64,000 bases of DNA, from positions 85,810,001 to 85,874,000 of the forward strand of contig NC_086108.1 in the NCBI RefSeq assembly GCF_963921235.1, written 5' to 3'. The position numbers were made by a program, and so were the translations under genes. Shown here piece by piece: positions 61,826 through 64,000 of the stretch. How positions within the stretch are numbered: position 1 is the first letter of the stretch; the number at the start of each line of letters is the position of its first letter. Source of the stretch: Mobula hypostoma (taxonomy: Eukaryota). The notes beneath the pieces were generated by a model that saw only the letters and a program-made list of their open reading frames with translations, did not search any database and was not told the origin of the DNA.

Positions 61826-62391
61826 TGTCAGTACCTCCAGTTGAACTCTGTCTTTCTGTGTGTTTCTCACAGCCATCGTTCTGTGCTTTTGTATTGCCAT
61901 GAGCTCTTGTTTGTTTTCATGTCGCATGTGCTCTTGTCCCCACCCCTGCTCTACTCCGGCCCCTGTATCACTGATTACTCTGCCCCTCACCTGTTTCCCA
62001 TTATTACCTGTGTTGCTGCCACCTGTGTCTCACTGTGCTCCACCTATCATCTGCCGCCCTGTTTATTGTTCAGTGTATTTTAGTCCTGTGTTTTGCCAGA
62101 TTATTCCAGTGAGTTTTCCTGAGCCTTTCCAGTATTCATATCTAAACTCTGTCCTTCTGAGTATCGACCCTGCCTGTTTGCTGACCCTGATTTCACCTGT
62201 TTATCTTGATTATTCTAGTTTTTGACTCTGCCTGTTTCCTGATTCTGATTTTTGGATTTCTCCGGATTTTTTTGATCTCTGCCTGAACTTTGACGCCAAC
62301 TTTGTTGCCCCTCTGGATTTGTTTATCAATAAATATCACAGCGTGCACAGTACTTGGTCTGCGATTGGGTCCCTGGTCCAGGGCCCTGACA
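61826..62391 (+). mobile_element. Solo LTR (566 bp), probably Gypsy-type
   Basis: Termini tgtcag...ctgaca (inverted); perfect 5-bp TSD gagtg at 61821-61825 and 62392-62396; aataaa about 60 nt from the 3' end. Confidence 0.9.
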
Positions 62392-62834
62392 GAGTGAGAG
62401 GTGTTGTTATTACACCACTCAGTCAATTTTCATTTTCCCTCCTTTATGTTGATTCACCACCATCGTTGATATGGCCCACAACAGTGGTGTCATCAGCAAA
62501 CTTGAATATGGTGCTGGAGCTGAATTTAGCTGCAAAGTCAGAGGTGTATAGCAAGTAGAGCAGGGGTTTAAGTACACATCACTGTGGTGCATCGGTGCTG
62601 ACGCAGACTGTGGACCAGATGCTTTGCCAATCTGAATTGACTGGGGACTGAGGTCCAGGTCTTGGAATTTACTGATCTGAGGGGATGATGGTATTAAATG
62701 CTAATACTGAGCTATAATTGATAAAGAGCATCCTGATGTTTGCATCTTTTTTGTCCAGATGTCCCAGGGTTGTGCGAAGAGCCAATGAGATCACATCTGC
62801 TGTGGATGTGCTGCTTTGGTAGGCAAATTGATAT

Positions 62835-63115
62835 CATGGCCACCAGGAAATCCCACTTTTTGTGGCAGATGGAGTGAAGATCCTTGACGAAGTGATCAGC
62901 AGTCTATACTAGGTCTCACCAATGTAGCGGAGGCGACATTGGGAGCATTCGATAGAGAAGATGACCCTGGCAGACTTGCAAATGATGTGTCACCTCACCC
63001 GGAAATTTGGGGCTCTGAATGGTGGTGAGGGAGGAGGTATATGGACCGTTGACTGTTTATTCCCCTCCATAGATGTCGCCTGACTTGCTGAGTTCATCTA
63101 GCATTTTGTGTGTAA
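62835..63115 (-). mobile_element. Old Neptune-type PLE GIY-YIG fragment plus inverted terminal repeat
   Basis: Reverse complement resembles 44410-44615 (LRYIGET); 63045-63115 is the plus-strand repeat end. Confidence 0.7.
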
Positions 63116-63149
63116 CTAAAATAGACTTCCTCTTTGAGGTCGGTGCTAG

Positions 63150-63391
63150 ATGAAGATGATGATGATGTCGACTCAGGCCTGAGAGACCAGCGTCAGGCAT
63201 TTTCATGCCTTACAAAGCGCGGATCGGAAGGCTGTGTGGGGCACCACTGCTCGCACTGACATTTCGCAGTATTTTTCTTTATTTTATGAGGTCAAGTTGC
63301 GAGCTCAACACTCAACCTGGCACGACTGGATTCGAACCCGGGAACTTCCGTTCCGGAGTCCGGCGCTGAAGTCACTGCGCCACCAGCCGAC
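63150..63391 (-). mobile_element. tRNA(Arg)-like SINE with RTE-derived body and 3' end
   Basis: Minus strand A box tggcgcagtga, B box ggttcgaatcc, 'ggttgagtgttgagctcgcaacttgacctcataaaa', end 'cctgagtcgac(atc)n'. Confidence 0.85.
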
Positions 63392-64000
63392 CTAGTCAGT
63401 ACGAGGACCTGAATTAACCCCACTGGCCAGACTGAATTAATCACATGCTCAACATCACATTTCCCAAAGTGAGCTTGTACTCCAAACCCTGTCAAGTAAA
63501 GATATTAACATGTAGCCTGAGAGCAAGATTCAAAGATGTTCTTAAGACTTCCCCGATAAAATGCAACATTCCCATTGTGGGTATAAAGTAGCAGAGTCAG
63601 TCATTACAAAGTGCTTTGCTTTGCACTGTACTGAACTTCTACTGACTCCATGCTGCAGAGTGAACCACAAAGCAAATATACAATAATGGTTCTACAGTCC
63701 CCTATAACTGCTGTTTAAAATCATCAACAAATCACAAGGGCCTGCACATAAATCCAGATTATTCCTCCAAGAGTCGCTTGAGCTAAAATTAGGGCAATTC
63801 CTTGACCAAAGAAAATTTCCTCTCATTAACATGTGCTAATCATCTATATTAACTGCAATGCCTATAGGAATTTTATCTCCGGCAATATCGTTCTTCCAGC
63901 TGTAAATTTCTTCGGGTAATAATAGAATGGCCTGTTTGTCTTAAACATCGGTTTCTAATAAAAACATCATCCCTGTGCAATGCATATATATAGTAGCACA

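Larger units (their letters stand above)
60936..62830 (-). mobile_element. Rex1/Babar LINE with two nested insertions
   Basis: Minus strand KFADDTTVVG (62475-62505), SNFKFLCVTISEDLSW, SLLTGCIKAWYG; tail 'aaagttcaaagtaaaatttattatc'. Confidence 0.92.

Noticed and set aside
63320..63391. Possible tRNA-Arg gene
   Set aside because: The acceptor stem is incomplete and the sequence runs into a SINE body and (atc)n tail, so it is a SINE head.
1..64000. CRISPR arrays, prokaryotic operons, rRNA, retron- or DGR-like RT systems
   Set aside because: There are no regularly spaced repeat-spacer arrays or rRNA motifs, and all RT sequences belong to eukaryotic CR1, Rex1, RTE, L1 or PLE clades.

Overview
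Repeat-saturated vertebrate genomic DNA, either intronic or intergenic. I cannot identify any host protein-coding exon with confidence. The mix of CR1/HER1-like LINEs, HE1/V-SINE-like SINEs, Rex1/Babar, RTE, Penelope-like elements (PLEs), and Tc1/mariner, hAT and piggyBac relics suggests a cartilaginous fish, probably a ray (inference, no database search). The longest ORFs are LINE ORF2 remnants: CR1 at 8641-11425 with two frameshifts, and Rex1 at 39611-40903. Most other ORFs in the track are antisense shadows of these elements. The main non-coding signal is a minimal type-I hammerhead-ribozyme motif (stem I-CUGANGA-A-stem II-GAAAC-GUC-stem I) in the terminal repeats of two distinct PLE families. 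It occurs in about a dozen intact or decayed copies, several of them as fold-back palindromic mini-insertions. Also present are a composite element bounded by two tiny Tc1-type MITEs, several non-autonomous retroelements whose likely LINE partners lie in the same window, and multi-level nested insertions with readable target-site duplications (TSDs). Family names come from recalled motifs; boundaries of old copies are approximate.
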